The translations under genes and the position numbers were made by a program. The notes beneath the pieces are model-generated. The model was not told the DNA's origin, did not search any database, and saw only the letters and a list, made by a program, of their open reading frames with translations. 32,000 nucleotides of DNA from assembly GCF_016127575.1 (NCBI RefSeq), contig NZ_CP066018.1, positions 1,230,001 to 1,262,000 on the forward strand, in the 5' to 3' direction. Source of the DNA: Cupriavidus necator. Its GTDB lineage: Bacteria > Pseudomonadota > Gammaproteobacteria > Burkholderiales > Burkholderiaceae. Below, piece by piece: positions 17,580 to 26,264 of the stretch; the stretch's first letter is position 1; each line of letters begins with the position of its first letter.

Positions 17580-18017
17580 ATGTTCAAGCATCTGCTCGTA
17601 GCGGTCGACGGCTCGGACCTGTCCGATACGGCCTACCGCAAAGCCATCGCGCTGGCCAGCTCGATACAGGCCCGCCTTACCGCGATCCAGGTCGTTGCGC
17701 ACTATGACGTGATGCGCCTGCAGACCGCCATGCTCCAGGAAACCCGGCAACGCTTCATGCAGGAAGCCTACCGGCAGGCCGAGGCCTACCTGGCGACGAT
17801 CGTGCAGGAGGCTGCCGCGGCCGGCGTGCCCTGCGAAATCGCCTGCCCCACCGTCGACCACATCTTCCAGGCCATCGTCGATGAGGCCGAGGCAAGGAAG
17901 TGCGACCTGATCGTGATGGCCTCGCACGGGCGGCGCGGGATGCAGGCGCTGGTGATCGGCAGCGAGACGCAGAAGGTGCTCACGCACACGAAGATCCCGG
18001 TGCTGGTCTACCGCTAG
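17580..18017 (+). CDS. Universal stress protein (UspA family)
   Basis: Track ORF 17556..18017 trimmed to ATG 17580, with an AAGGAG SD at 17568..17573. It begins MFKHLLVAVDGSDLSD and carries the C-terminal ATP-binding motif MASHGRRGMQALVIGSETQKVL. Confidence 0.9.
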   Translation: MFKHLLVAVDGSDLSDTAYRKAIALASSIQARLTAIQVVAHYDVMRLQTAMLQETRQRFMQEAYRQAEAYLATIVQEAAAAGVPCEIACPTVDHIFQAIVDEAEARKCDLIVMASHGRRGMQALVIGSETQKVLTHTKIPVLVYR

Positions 18018-18175
18018 TGTCCTGTTCCGCAAATACCTTGCCATGAAATCGCCCAGTTGGCCGCCGTGCGTCGTTGCTCGTCGTTGCCATAGCTACGGCT
18101 ATGGCGCCTCCTCGCGCCTAGCCTGACAGCCAACTGGACAATTTCACTTTGGCAAGTTATCTGCGGAACAGGACC
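18017..18175. mobile_element. MITE-like / REP-like long imperfect palindrome with 25-bp terminal inverted repeats, bounded by TA within a split CTAG
   Basis: Outer arms 18019..18043 and 18150..18174 match at 23 of 25 positions as reverse complements. Inner arms 18044..18061 and 18129..18146 match at 16 of 18. The central stem is GCCATAGC-tacg-GCTATGGC (18086..18105). No transposase lies in the window. Confidence 0.45.
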
Positions 18176-18205
18176 TAGCGCGCCGGTGCGCCCGGTGCGC
18201 TGCGC

Positions 18206-19441
18206 TCAACCGCCGATGCGCGCCGCCACCGCCGCCACGCGCGCCGCTTGGACACGGTCGCGGATCTGGCCGACGTCATCGCCGCAGGCACGCGCGATAG
18301 CGCCGGCGTCGACCGCCGCCGCCGCCTCCAGCGCCGCCAGCAGGCGCGCCGCCTGCGGGTAGGCGCTCGACTCGAAGCCCTTGCGCCCGCGCAGGTCGGC
18401 CTCGCAGGCCTGCAGCGCCTCGGCGAAGCGGGCCGGCTTGCGCAGCGCATCGCAGCGCTCGAGCAGGCGCATCACCGCCGCGGCGCTGAACTCTTGCGAA
18501 CGGTGGATATTGCCGTGCTCGCGCGCCACCACCAGCGCCAGGTCGCGGCATTCATTGGGCACGCGCAGGCGCACGCAGACGTCTTCGAGCAGCTGCGCGC
18601 TGCGTGATTCGTGACCGATATGGCGCGGCAGCACGTCTGCGGGCGTGGTGCCCTTACCCAGATCATGCACCAGCGCGGCAAAGCGCACCGTGAGCGGCGC
18701 GCCCATGGCGGCGGCCTGATCGATCACCATCATCACGTGCACGCCGGTATCGATTTCCGGATGGTAATCGGCGCGCTGGGGCACGCCCCACAGCCGCTCC
18801 AGCTCGGGCAGCAGCCGCGCCAGCGCGCCGCATTCGCGCAGCACCTCGAACATGCGCGACGGCTTCGCTTCCATCAGCCCGCGCGCCAGCTCCTGCCAGA
18901 CGCGCTCGGGCACCAGCGCGTCGACCTCGCCCGCGGCGACCATCTCACGCATCAGCCGCATGGTCTCGGCGGCGACGCCGAATTCATGGAAGCGAGCGGC
19001 AAAGCGGGCCACGCGCAGGATGCGCACCGGGTCTTCGGCAAAAGCGTCGGAGACATGGCGGAACAGGCGCGCGGCCAGGTCGCGCTGGCCGCCGTGCGGA
19101 TCGATGACCGGGCCGGTCAGGTTACCGTCGGCATCGACCGCGCGCGCCATCGCGTTGATGGTGAGGTCGCGCCGCACCAGGTCGTCTTCCAGCGTGACAT
19201 CGGGCTCGCAATAAAAGGCAAAGCCCTTGTAGCCCATCGCCGTCTTGCGTTCGGTGCGGGCCAGCGCGTATTCCTCTTTGGTGCGCGGATGCAGGAACAC
19301 CGGGAAGTCCTTGCCGACCGGCTTGTAGCCGGCAGCTTCCATCTGCGCCGGGGTCGCGCCCACTACCACGTAGTCGCGGTCCTGGCTGGGCTTGCCCAGC
19401 AATTCGTCGCGGATCGCGCCGCCGACGGCATACACCTGCAT
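18206..19441 (-). CDS. cca: Multifunctional CCA-adding enzyme (tRNA nucleotidyltransferase with HD phosphohydrolase domain)
   Basis: Track ORF of 411 aa. It begins MQVYAVGGAIRDELLGKPSQDRDYVVVG and carries the HD domain motif ALVHDLGK. Confidence 0.95.
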   Translation of the reverse strand: MQVYAVGGAIRDELLGKPSQDRDYVVVGATPAQMEAAGYKPVGKDFPVFLHPRTKEEYALARTERKTAMGYKGFAFYCEPDVTLEDDLVRRDLTINAMARAVDADGNLTGPVIDPHGGQRDLAARLFRHVSDAFAEDPVRILRVARFAARFHEFGVAAETMRLMREMVAAGEVDALVPERVWQELARGLMEAKPSRMFEVLRECGALARLLPELERLWGVPQRADYHPEIDTGVHVMMVIDQAAAMGAPLTVRFAALVHDLGKGTTPADVLPRHIGHESRSAQLLEDVCVRLRVPNECRDLALVVAREHGNIHRSQEFSAAAVMRLLERCDALRKPARFAEALQACEADLRGRKGFESSAYPQAARLLAALEAAAAVDAGAIARACGDDVGQIRDRVQAARVAAVAARIGG

Positions 19442-19496
19442 CGTTCTGGCCTCGTCATGTGCCGGCGCCCGGACCTGGCCCGCCGGCGGGTATTGC

Positions 19497-20195
19497 TCAG
19501 TGGTTGATGATTATCGCATCGGGACGATCAGGGGCCAGCCGGTAGGGTTCGTCGTCGGCCAGGAAGTCGCGCTCCTCGCGTGCGCCGGCAATCCATTGCT
19601 GCATTGCCGGCAGCGCCAGCATGAAGTCGGCGTAGGCCTTGGCGTCCTCGGCGTCATCGGGCAGGTGGATGCCATAGGTGGCAAAGCGGCTCACCACCGG
19701 CGCAAAGAACGCGTCGGCCACGGTGAACCCGCCGAACAGGAACGGCCCGTTCGCGCCGTGCTGCTGGCGCAGCCCTTCCCAGATCGCGGCGATGCGCTCC
19801 ACGTCGCGCTGCACGGCCACGTTCCAGCCGCGCCCGGGCAGCACCGCGGTCACGTTCATCGGCAACTGGCTGCGCAGGTTGCCGAAGCCCGAATGCATCT
19901 CGGCGCAGACGGCGCGCGCCACCGCGCGCTGGGCGCGCTCGGCCGGCCACAGGTTCTTTTCCGGGAAACGCTCGGCCAGGTATTCGCAGATCGCCAGCGA
20001 ATCCCACACCGTGACCTCGCCATCGACCAGCGCCGGCACCTTGCCCGCGGGCGAGTAGCGCGCGATCTCGGCGGCGAAGCTGCCGGTGAACAGGCGCACC
20101 TGCACTTCTTCGAAATCAATGCCGGCCTGGCGCAGCAACAGCCACGGACGCAGCGACCAGGAGGAATAGTTCTTGTTGCCGATGACAAGCTTCAT
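19497..20195 (-). CDS. Glutathione S-transferase family protein
   Basis: Track ORF of 232 aa. MKLVIGNKNYSSWSLRPWLLLRQAGIDFEEV...GKVPALVDG...WDSLAICEYL is a GST N-terminal thioredoxin-like fold. It lies 55 nt upstream of cca on the same strand. Confidence 0.9.
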   Translation of the reverse strand: MKLVIGNKNYSSWSLRPWLLLRQAGIDFEEVQVRLFTGSFAAEIARYSPAGKVPALVDGEVTVWDSLAICEYLAERFPEKNLWPAERAQRAVARAVCAEMHSGFGNLRSQLPMNVTAVLPGRGWNVAVQRDVERIAAIWEGLRQQHGANGPFLFGGFTVADAFFAPVVSRFATYGIHLPDDAEDAKAYADFMLALPAMQQWIAGAREERDFLADDEPYRLAPDRPDAIIINH

Positions 20196-20288
20196 CGTGG
20201 GTCCTTGGGGGAGGAAACGGAGGGAGACGGCGCAGGCGCGGCGCCTGCCGCCTGCAGGACGGCGTGGCGGCCGCGCGCCGGACTGGTC

Positions 20289-20316
20289 ATTCTGCCAGTG
20301 CTGCCGCCCGCGTCAA
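20289..20316 (-). promoter_or_regulatory. Candidate sigma-70 promoter for the GST-cca unit (TTGACG-N16-TGg-CAGAAT)
   Basis: The minus strand reads CTTTGACGCGGGCGGCAGCACTGGCAGAATGAC. It lies about 95 nt upstream of ATG 20195. This is a consensus match only. Confidence 0.3.
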
Positions 20317-20380
20317 AGTGAATTGCGCTAGCAACCGATATGAAATCCGGTCACATAGGGCGCACCGGGCTGCCGGCGCG

Positions 20381-21403
20381 TCAGCGGTGCACGCTGGCCC
20401 GCATATGCGTCATCGCGGTATCGCGGTTGCGCCCGGCCAGCGCGTCGGTCATGACCGACTCCAGGCTGACCGGATGCAGGTTCAGTTCGGGTGCGACCGG
20501 GTGCTCCAGCACATTGTCGAGCTGCATCGAGTCGAGGTTGTCGCGCGACAGCATCGGTTCGCCCGGCATATGCTCCATGATGGTGGCCTGCACCCGTGCC
20601 AGCGCATCGGGCAGCGCGATCACCGGGCGCGGATGCCCGGAAGCGCGGCCGGCAAAGCGCACCAGCTCTTCCAGTGTATAGACCCGCGGGCCGCCCAACT
20701 CATAGCCGTGGCCGATGGTTGCCGGGTTCACCATGGCATTCAGGTAGGCCTGCACCACATCCTGCACGAATACCGGCTGGAAGCGCGCATGCGCGCACGC
20801 CAGCGGCACCACCGGGGCCATCTGCTGCATGTGGGCGAACAGGTTCAGGAAATGGTCGTCGGGGCCGAACACCACCGAGGGCCGGAAGATGGTCCAGTCC
20901 AGCCCGCTGGCACGCACCACGCGCTCGCCGTCGCCCTTGCTGCGCAGGTACATCGACGGCCCATTGCTGTCCGCGCCCAGCGCGCTCATATGCAACAGCC
21001 GGCGCACGCCGGTGGACAGGCATGACGCCGCGATCTGCCGCACCATCTCCACATGCGCGCTGGCAAAGGCTTCGCCGTAGGGGTCGGCGCGCTCGCCGTG
21101 CAGCACACCCACCAGGTTGACGACGATGCCATCCACGCCCAGCGAGCCGATGGCGTCGTCCAGCGCGGCATTGTCGGCCAGGCCCAGCTCCACCACTTCC
21201 ACGCGCGGCAGCAGCAGCAGGTGCTGCGCGTGCTCGATATTGCGCGTGCCGACCACGATGCGGTCGGGGGCGATGGGGGAATCGGGGTTGGCGCCAGGCT
21301 CAAGCGGCGCGCCCGAGGCCGAGGCAGCCCCGGCCAGGCGCGAGACGAGGTGGCTGCCGATAAAGCCGGCGCCACCGATAACGAGGACGTTGCTGGTCTG
21401 CAT
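20381..21403 (-). CDS. NAD(P)-binding Rossmann protein, complex I NDUFA9-subunit-like / atypical SDR epimerase family
   Basis: Track ORF 20381..21430 trimmed to ATG 21403, with a GGAGG SD 5-9 nt upstream. It begins MQTSNVLVIGGAGFIGSHLVSRL. Confidence 0.88.
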   Translation of the reverse strand: MQTSNVLVIGGAGFIGSHLVSRLAGAASASGAPLEPGANPDSPIAPDRIVVGTRNIEHAQHLLLLPRVEVVELGLADNAALDDAIGSLGVDGIVVNLVGVLHGERADPYGEAFASAHVEMVRQIAASCLSTGVRRLLHMSALGADSNGPSMYLRSKGDGERVVRASGLDWTIFRPSVVFGPDDHFLNLFAHMQQMAPVVPLACAHARFQPVFVQDVVQAYLNAMVNPATIGHGYELGGPRVYTLEELVRFAGRASGHPRPVIALPDALARVQATIMEHMPGEPMLSRDNLDSMQLDNVLEHPVAPELNLHPVSLESVMTDALAGRNRDTAMTHMRASVHR

Positions 21404-21509
21404 GATGCCTCCGTGCCAAGAAAACTGCACGCCGCGGCACCCTGAGCCAGCCCGGGCCCGCCGGATCGTCCCGGCAGGGCCCGTCCTGCCCGCCCCCGCA
21501 GGGGCAATT

Positions 21510-23462
21510 TCAGGGCAGGCTGGTGGTAGTCACCGCCGACGGCGCGACCATGCCCAGGCGCGATTTCAGCGACTGCGGACGGCCACTCATCAATGCAGCA
21601 TAGTACGTGGCGTTGGAAAGCACATTCTTCACATAGCCGCGCGTTTCATTGAACGGAATGGTCTCTGCAAAGATCGCGCCTTCCACCGGCCGCACCAGTG
21701 TGCTGCGCCAGGCCTTGGGCCGGCCCGGGCCGGCGTTGTACGCAGCCGAAGCCAGCGTCCACGAGCTGTCCAGGTCGGTCAGCACCATGTTCAGGTAATT
21801 GGTGCCAAGCAGGATGTTGATATTGGGATCGCCCATCATCGACGGCGAAAAGTCGTTCATGCCGATCTTGCGCGCGACGTACTTGGCCGTGGCCGGCATC
21901 ACCTGCATCAGGCCATGTGCGCCCGCCGACGAGCGCGCATTCATGATGAAGCGCGATTCCTGGCGGATCAGGCCGTAAACCCACGCCATGTCAAGGCCGA
22001 CATCGTCGGTGGCGCGCTGCATGATGTCGCGGTACGGCATCAGGAAACGCAGCGTGAAATCATGTTCGTTGCGGGTGCGGTCGGCGGAGTTGACGGTGCG
22101 GTCCAGCAGCTCCAGGCGGCGCGCATACTCGGCCGCGGCCAGCAGCTCCCGGTCGCTCATATTGCGCAGTTCCCAGTTCCACTCGCGGTTGCCTTCGAAG
22201 CGCAGGTTCATGTTGTAGAACTTCTGCGCCCGCTGAAAACCGGGGCGCGAACGCATGGCCATGGCCTCGGCGTCGCTGACGGTGGTGCGCGCCGGCAGCG
22301 TGATGCGGTTGCCCAGCTCTTCGCTGGCCAGCTGCCCGTAGAAGTTGAACTGGCCGGCGATCTGCTGGAAGTTCTGCTGGGCCTCGGTGTCGCGGCCGTC
22401 GGCCTTGAGCGCGCGGCCATACCAGTAGATCCAGGCCGGGTCCTTGGCGCGCAGTTCGGGGCGCATCAGCTCCACCGCCTGGCGCACCTGCTTCCAGTCG
22501 CCCTGGCGCAGCGCGGCGCGCACGCGCCATTCCTGGGTGTCGTCGGAGAGCCACTGGTTGCCGCCCAGGTCCATCTGGCGGCGGTAGTAGCCGGCCGCGT
22601 CGGGCAACAGCTTCCTGGCCGCGAACTGGCCGATCACGCCCCAGGCCGCGCCCTGCTCGTCGCGCGACAGCGCGCCCTGGGCCGTGCCGAGGTAGGCGGC
22701 AGCCTGCGACGGGTCGCTGCGCGCCATCTTGACGATGGTGGCGAGCGTATCGCCATCCGCGCGCGCGTCGGGCACCAGCGCGGCGATCTTGCCGGCCAGC
22801 GTGACATAGTTCTGCTCCAGCGCCAGCCGCGCCTGGTAGGCGACATCGCTGCGCTGGATCTGCTGGCTTTGCGCCAGGTAGCCGATCAGGTCGACACAGC
22901 CTTCGCCGTAGTACCTGGGGTCGCTCAGCACATTGCGCGCATCGGCGGCCACGTTCTGGCCCTTGAGCGCGCGCGACAGCAGCGCATAGCACTCGACCTG
23001 GGTATCGTCCTTGAGCGCGAACTGCGGATATTCGACATCGAAATTGGCCCAGTCGCGCTTCTTGCCCAGCACCAGCAGCCAGTCATTGCGCATGCGGTCG
23101 GCAATGGCGTCGCCCTTGTAGCGCTGCAGGAACACGCGCACCTGGTCGTCGGGCGCATCGATGCGCGCCAGGCCGCTGGCGTCGAACAATTGCGGCTTGA
23201 TGCGGAAGTACTCGACATAGGACGGGACCGGGTAGTCCACCAGCGTGGCCGAGATCGCGTAGGCACGCTCCACGTCGTTCTTGCGCGCGGCTTCGCGCAG
23301 CGCGGTGAAGGCCTCGTCGGGATCGCTCGGGATCACCGCCGCCTGCGGGCGCGACACCGCCTGCGGGCGCTTCTGCGCATGGACGGGCGTGACAAGCAGT
23401 GCACATGCGAGCGCGATCCAGGCGGCCCGGCCGGCACGCTGCAGATATACTCCCTTCAGCAT
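21510..23462 (-). CDS. slt: Soluble lytic murein transglycosylase (Slt70 family)
   Basis: Track ORF 21510..23504 (TTG start) trimmed to ATG 23462. The signal peptide is MLKGVYLQRAGRAAWIALACALLVTPVHA|Q. The catalytic domain blocks are RQESRF...GLMQVMPATA and AAYNAGPGR. Confidence 0.92.
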   Translation of the reverse strand: MLKGVYLQRAGRAAWIALACALLVTPVHAQKRPQAVSRPQAAVIPSDPDEAFTALREAARKNDVERAYAISATLVDYPVPSYVEYFRIKPQLFDASGLARIDAPDDQVRVFLQRYKGDAIADRMRNDWLLVLGKKRDWANFDVEYPQFALKDDTQVECYALLSRALKGQNVAADARNVLSDPRYYGEGCVDLIGYLAQSQQIQRSDVAYQARLALEQNYVTLAGKIAALVPDARADGDTLATIVKMARSDPSQAAAYLGTAQGALSRDEQGAAWGVIGQFAARKLLPDAAGYYRRQMDLGGNQWLSDDTQEWRVRAALRQGDWKQVRQAVELMRPELRAKDPAWIYWYGRALKADGRDTEAQQNFQQIAGQFNFYGQLASEELGNRITLPARTTVSDAEAMAMRSRPGFQRAQKFYNMNLRFEGNREWNWELRNMSDRELLAAAEYARRLELLDRTVNSADRTRNEHDFTLRFLMPYRDIMQRATDDVGLDMAWVYGLIRQESRFIMNARSSAGAHGLMQVMPATAKYVARKIGMNDFSPSMMGDPNINILLGTNYLNMVLTDLDSSWTLASAAYNAGPGRPKAWRSTLVRPVEGAIFAETIPFNETRGYVKNVLSNATYYAALMSGRPQSLKSRLGMVAPSAVTTTSLP

Positions 23463-23567
23463 TCTTTGCTTCCTTGTCGATGACGGCGGCGCCGGCGCCT
23501 GCAATCTTGTGCCCAGCCGCGGTTCCGCCGTTCGTGTTGGTTCGGACGAGGGGCATTATCCCACGCC

Positions 23568-24152
23568 ATGTCATCCACTCCTGCCACGACCGCACCCACC
23601 CCCGCCGCCGAAGACCGTCGCGCACTGCGCACGCAGTTGCTGGCGCAGCGCGCCGCCCTGCCCGCACGCGCCGAAGCCGACGCGCGCATCGCCGCCGCGC
23701 TGTCTGGATTGCTGGCCGGCCTGGCCGTGCGCTGCCTCGGTTTCTACTGGCCGATCCAGCAGGAGTTCGACGCACGCGACGCGGTCGGCATCTGGCTCGC
23801 CGCCATGCCTGGCCGCAGCGCCGCGCTGCCGTCGGTCAGCCGCCCGGGCGCGCCGCTGGATTTCCACCTGTGGACACCGGACACGCCCATGGCCACCGGC
23901 CACTACGGCATCCCGGTGCCGGACGGCACTGAGGCCGCGACGCCCGACGCGCTGCTCATTCCCTGTGTCGGGTTCAGCCCGGACAAGTTCCGCCTGGGCT
24001 ACGGCGGCGGCTTCTACGACCGCACGCTGGCGGCCATGGCGCAGCGGCCGGTGGCGATCGGCATTGGCTACGAAAACTGCCGGGCACCGTTGCAGGCGCA
24101 GCCGCATGACATCGCCATGGACTGGATCGTCACGGAATCCGGCGCGTTCTAA
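23568..24152 (+). CDS. 5-formyltetrahydrofolate cyclo-ligase
   Basis: Track ORF of 194 aa. It carries the family motifs GIPVP, LIPCVGFSPDKFRLGYGGGFYDRTL and the C-terminal DIAMDWIVTE. The gene is divergent from slt. Confidence 0.88.
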   Translation: MSSTPATTAPTPAAEDRRALRTQLLAQRAALPARAEADARIAAALSGLLAGLAVRCLGFYWPIQQEFDARDAVGIWLAAMPGRSAALPSVSRPGAPLDFHLWTPDTPMATGHYGIPVPDGTEAATPDALLIPCVGFSPDKFRLGYGGGFYDRTLAAMAQRPVAIGIGYENCRAPLQAQPHDIAMDWIVTESGAF

Positions 24153-24907
24153 CCTTGCTTGGCCTCGTCGCGCCGCACCAGCTCGTCCACCAGCGCACGC
24201 ATGCAGCGCCAGTGCGAGCCCTCCCAGAACACGCGCCGGCACTGGTCGCAGGTGACAAAGCTGCGATGGCGCTCCAGCACCCCTTGCGGCACGCGCCCGG
24301 CCGCACCCGCCGCATCCAGCGAGCGCAGCGGCGCATTGCAGTCCAGGCATAGCGAAAACGGCCGTGCGCTGCGCGCCAGGTCCAGCCGCGCAAAGATCTC
24401 CCGCACCTGCAGTTGCGACTTGATCGCGCGCACATAGCAGCCGTGGGTGATGCCGCGGCGCTTGAGCAGCTCGCGGTCGCGCGTCAGCACGACGCGGCCC
24501 TGGTCGACGGCGATGCGCTCGATCTCGCTGTCTTCGAAATGGTTGTCGTAGAGGGTGTCGAAGCCGGTCATGCGCAGCAGGTGCGCCAGGCCGCCCAGGT
24601 GCGCGTCGGCGACAAAGCGCATCACCCGCAGCGGCTGCTCGCGTACCCGCAGCAGCGGGGACACGTCGAGCCGTTCGAACTTGGGATAGACCGAGACCCG
24701 GTCGCCATCGCACAGCTGCCGCTCGAACCCGGACGATTCGCCATTGACCAGGATCAGCTCGACTTCGGTATGCGGCACGCCAAGCGCCTCGATCATGTGC
24801 TTGACCGTGGCGGCGCGCGCGCAGGCGCAGGACAAGTCACGCCGGCGCTGGTCCGGCGCGAGGAAGTCGTTCAGTTCCTCGTAGAAGCGGAAGGTGGCGG
24901 TGACCAT
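24149..24907 (-). CDS. Mut7-C RNase domain protein with N-terminal ubiquitin-like (MoaD/ThiS-type) domain
   Basis: Track ORF 24149..25015 trimmed to ATG 24907 (MVTATFRFYEELNDFL...). It has a PIN-like core (RFVADAHLGGLAHLLRMTGFD) and a C-terminal zinc ribbon (CLDCNAPL...CDQCRRVFWEGSHW). ATG 24937 is an alternative start. Confidence 0.82.
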   Translation of the reverse strand: MVTATFRFYEELNDFLAPDQRRRDLSCACARAATVKHMIEALGVPHTEVELILVNGESSGFERQLCDGDRVSVYPKFERLDVSPLLRVREQPLRVMRFVADAHLGGLAHLLRMTGFDTLYDNHFEDSEIERIAVDQGRVVLTRDRELLKRRGITHGCYVRAIKSQLQVREIFARLDLARSARPFSLCLDCNAPLRSLDAAGAAGRVPQGVLERHRSFVTCDQCRRVFWEGSHWRCMRALVDELVRRDEAKQG

Positions 24908-24966
24908 GGTGCCGAGTATGGCACCGATCGCAGGCATCGTGGGAGCACCACAAGCGCCCGCAGCAG

Positions 24967-24998
24967 GCTCCCCTCGCCCGCTTGCGGGAGAGGGGAGC
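24967..24998. repeat. GC-rich REP-like hairpin, copy 1 (GCTCCCCTC-G-CCCGC-TT-GCGGG-A-GAGGGGAGC)
   Basis: Directly visible nested inverted repeat in the TfoX/Mut7-C spacer. It is closely related to the element at 26638..26667. Confidence 0.7.
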
Positions 24999-25004
24999 AA
25001 ACAC

Positions 25005-25364
25005 TCAGCCCGCATTCCCCAGCCGCAGCGCCGCCTCCACCGCCAGCTTCGCCCATGGCGTCATCGCGCCGGGCGATTCCAGCGCCGCCGGCGGCAGGCT
25101 CAGGTAGTGGCGCATGGTGACCTCACGCTTTGCCGACTGGTAGCGGAAGGGTTCGCTGCCCTCGGCCTCGAACTTGCCGCGCGTGGCGTCATCCGCCTTC
25201 AGGTAGCAGGTGCCTCGCGACACCAGCGCAAACATCAGCCCGTCATAGAACAGACCATGGCCGCCAAACATGCGCTTGGCCGTAATGGGACCGATGCGCG
25301 CCGCCAGCGGCCCCATCAGCTCGAGCAGATGTTCGATGAAGGGATCGGGGCGGCGCGTGGCCAT
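25005..25364 (-). CDS. TfoX/Sxy family protein (TfoX N-terminal domain only)
   Basis: Track ORF 25005..25574 trimmed to ATG 25364. The 119-aa protein reads MATRRPDPFIEHLLELMGPLAARIGPITAKRMFGGHGLFYDGLMFALVSRGTCYLKAD. It starts 8 nt after the metF stop. Confidence 0.8.
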   Translation of the reverse strand: MATRRPDPFIEHLLELMGPLAARIGPITAKRMFGGHGLFYDGLMFALVSRGTCYLKADDATRGKFEAEGSEPFRYQSAKREVTMRHYLSLPPAALESPGAMTPWAKLAVEAALRLGNAG

Positions 25365-25372
25365 GGCGGGCT

Positions 25373-26203
25373 TTACAGCTTCAGGCGCTGCCAGATCGCC
25401 TTGGTGGCGCCGGCGGCATTGAGCGTGTAGAAGTGCAGGCCCGGCACGCCCGCTGCGAGCAGGCGCTCGCACAGCGCGGTGACCACGTCCAGGCCGAAGG
25501 CGCGGATCGATTCGCGGTCGTCGCCAAAGCTCTCCAGCCGCTTGGCCACCCAGCGCGGCACTTCGGCGCCGCACGACTCGGAGAAGCGCATCAGCTGCGT
25601 GTAGTTGGTGATCGGCATGATGCCCGGCACGATCGGCACCTCGAGGCCCGTCGCGCGCACGTCATCGACAAAGCGGAAGTAGGCGTCAGCGTTGTAGAAA
25701 TACTGCGTGATCGCCGAGTTGGCGCCGGCCTTGACCTTGCGCACGAAGTTCTCGAGATCGTGGCGCGGAGACTTGGCCTGCGGGTGGTACTCCGGGTAGG
25801 CCGCGACTTCGATGTTGAACCAGTCGCCGGTCTCGGCACGGATAAACTCGACCAGTTCGTTGGCGTAGCGGAACTCGCCGATCTCGCCCATGCCCGAGGG
25901 CATGTCGCCGCGCAGCGCGACGATATGGCGGATGCCGCCGTCGCGGTACTGCTGCAGGATAGCGCGGATGCTCTCGCGCGACGAGCCCACGCACGACAGG
26001 TGCGGCGCGGCCTCGATGCCTTCGCGCTGGATTTCCAGCACCGCGTCCAGCGTGCCCTGCTGCGTGGTGCCGCCGGCGCCGAACGTCACCGAGATGTACT
26101 TGGGCTTGAGCGGGGCCAGCTGCGCACGCGTGTTGCGCAGTTTCTCCGTGCCCTCCGCCGTCTTGGGCGGGAAGAATTCAAAGCTGAAGTAGCGGTCTTG
26201 CAT
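25373..26203 (-). CDS. metF: Methylenetetrahydrofolate reductase [NAD(P)H]
   Basis: Track ORF of 276 aa, reading MQDRYFSFEFFPPKTAEGTEKL...YISVTFGAGGTTQ...HLSCVG. Confidence 0.95.
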   Translation of the reverse strand: MQDRYFSFEFFPPKTAEGTEKLRNTRAQLAPLKPKYISVTFGAGGTTQQGTLDAVLEIQREGIEAAPHLSCVGSSRESIRAILQQYRDGGIRHIVALRGDMPSGMGEIGEFRYANELVEFIRAETGDWFNIEVAAYPEYHPQAKSPRHDLENFVRKVKAGANSAITQYFYNADAYFRFVDDVRATGLEVPIVPGIMPITNYTQLMRFSESCGAEVPRWVAKRLESFGDDRESIRAFGLDVVTALCERLLAAGVPGLHFYTLNAAGATKAIWQRLKL

Positions 26204-26264
26204 GATGGTGGCGCACCGCGTTGGCGCGGCGCGCGGTATGGGATTCGTGTCAGTGCAGGCCGCG

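Noticed and set aside
18041-18126. A 27-codon ORF (MKSPSWPPCVVARRCHSYGYGASSRLA) inside the palindromic element, with a partly mirrored ORF on the other strand.
   Set aside because: It has no Shine-Dalgarno. The similarity between the two strands' peptides is an automatic consequence of the inverted-repeat symmetry. An apparent synonymous Arg/Ala codon pattern in the diverged interior is too short to separate from chance.
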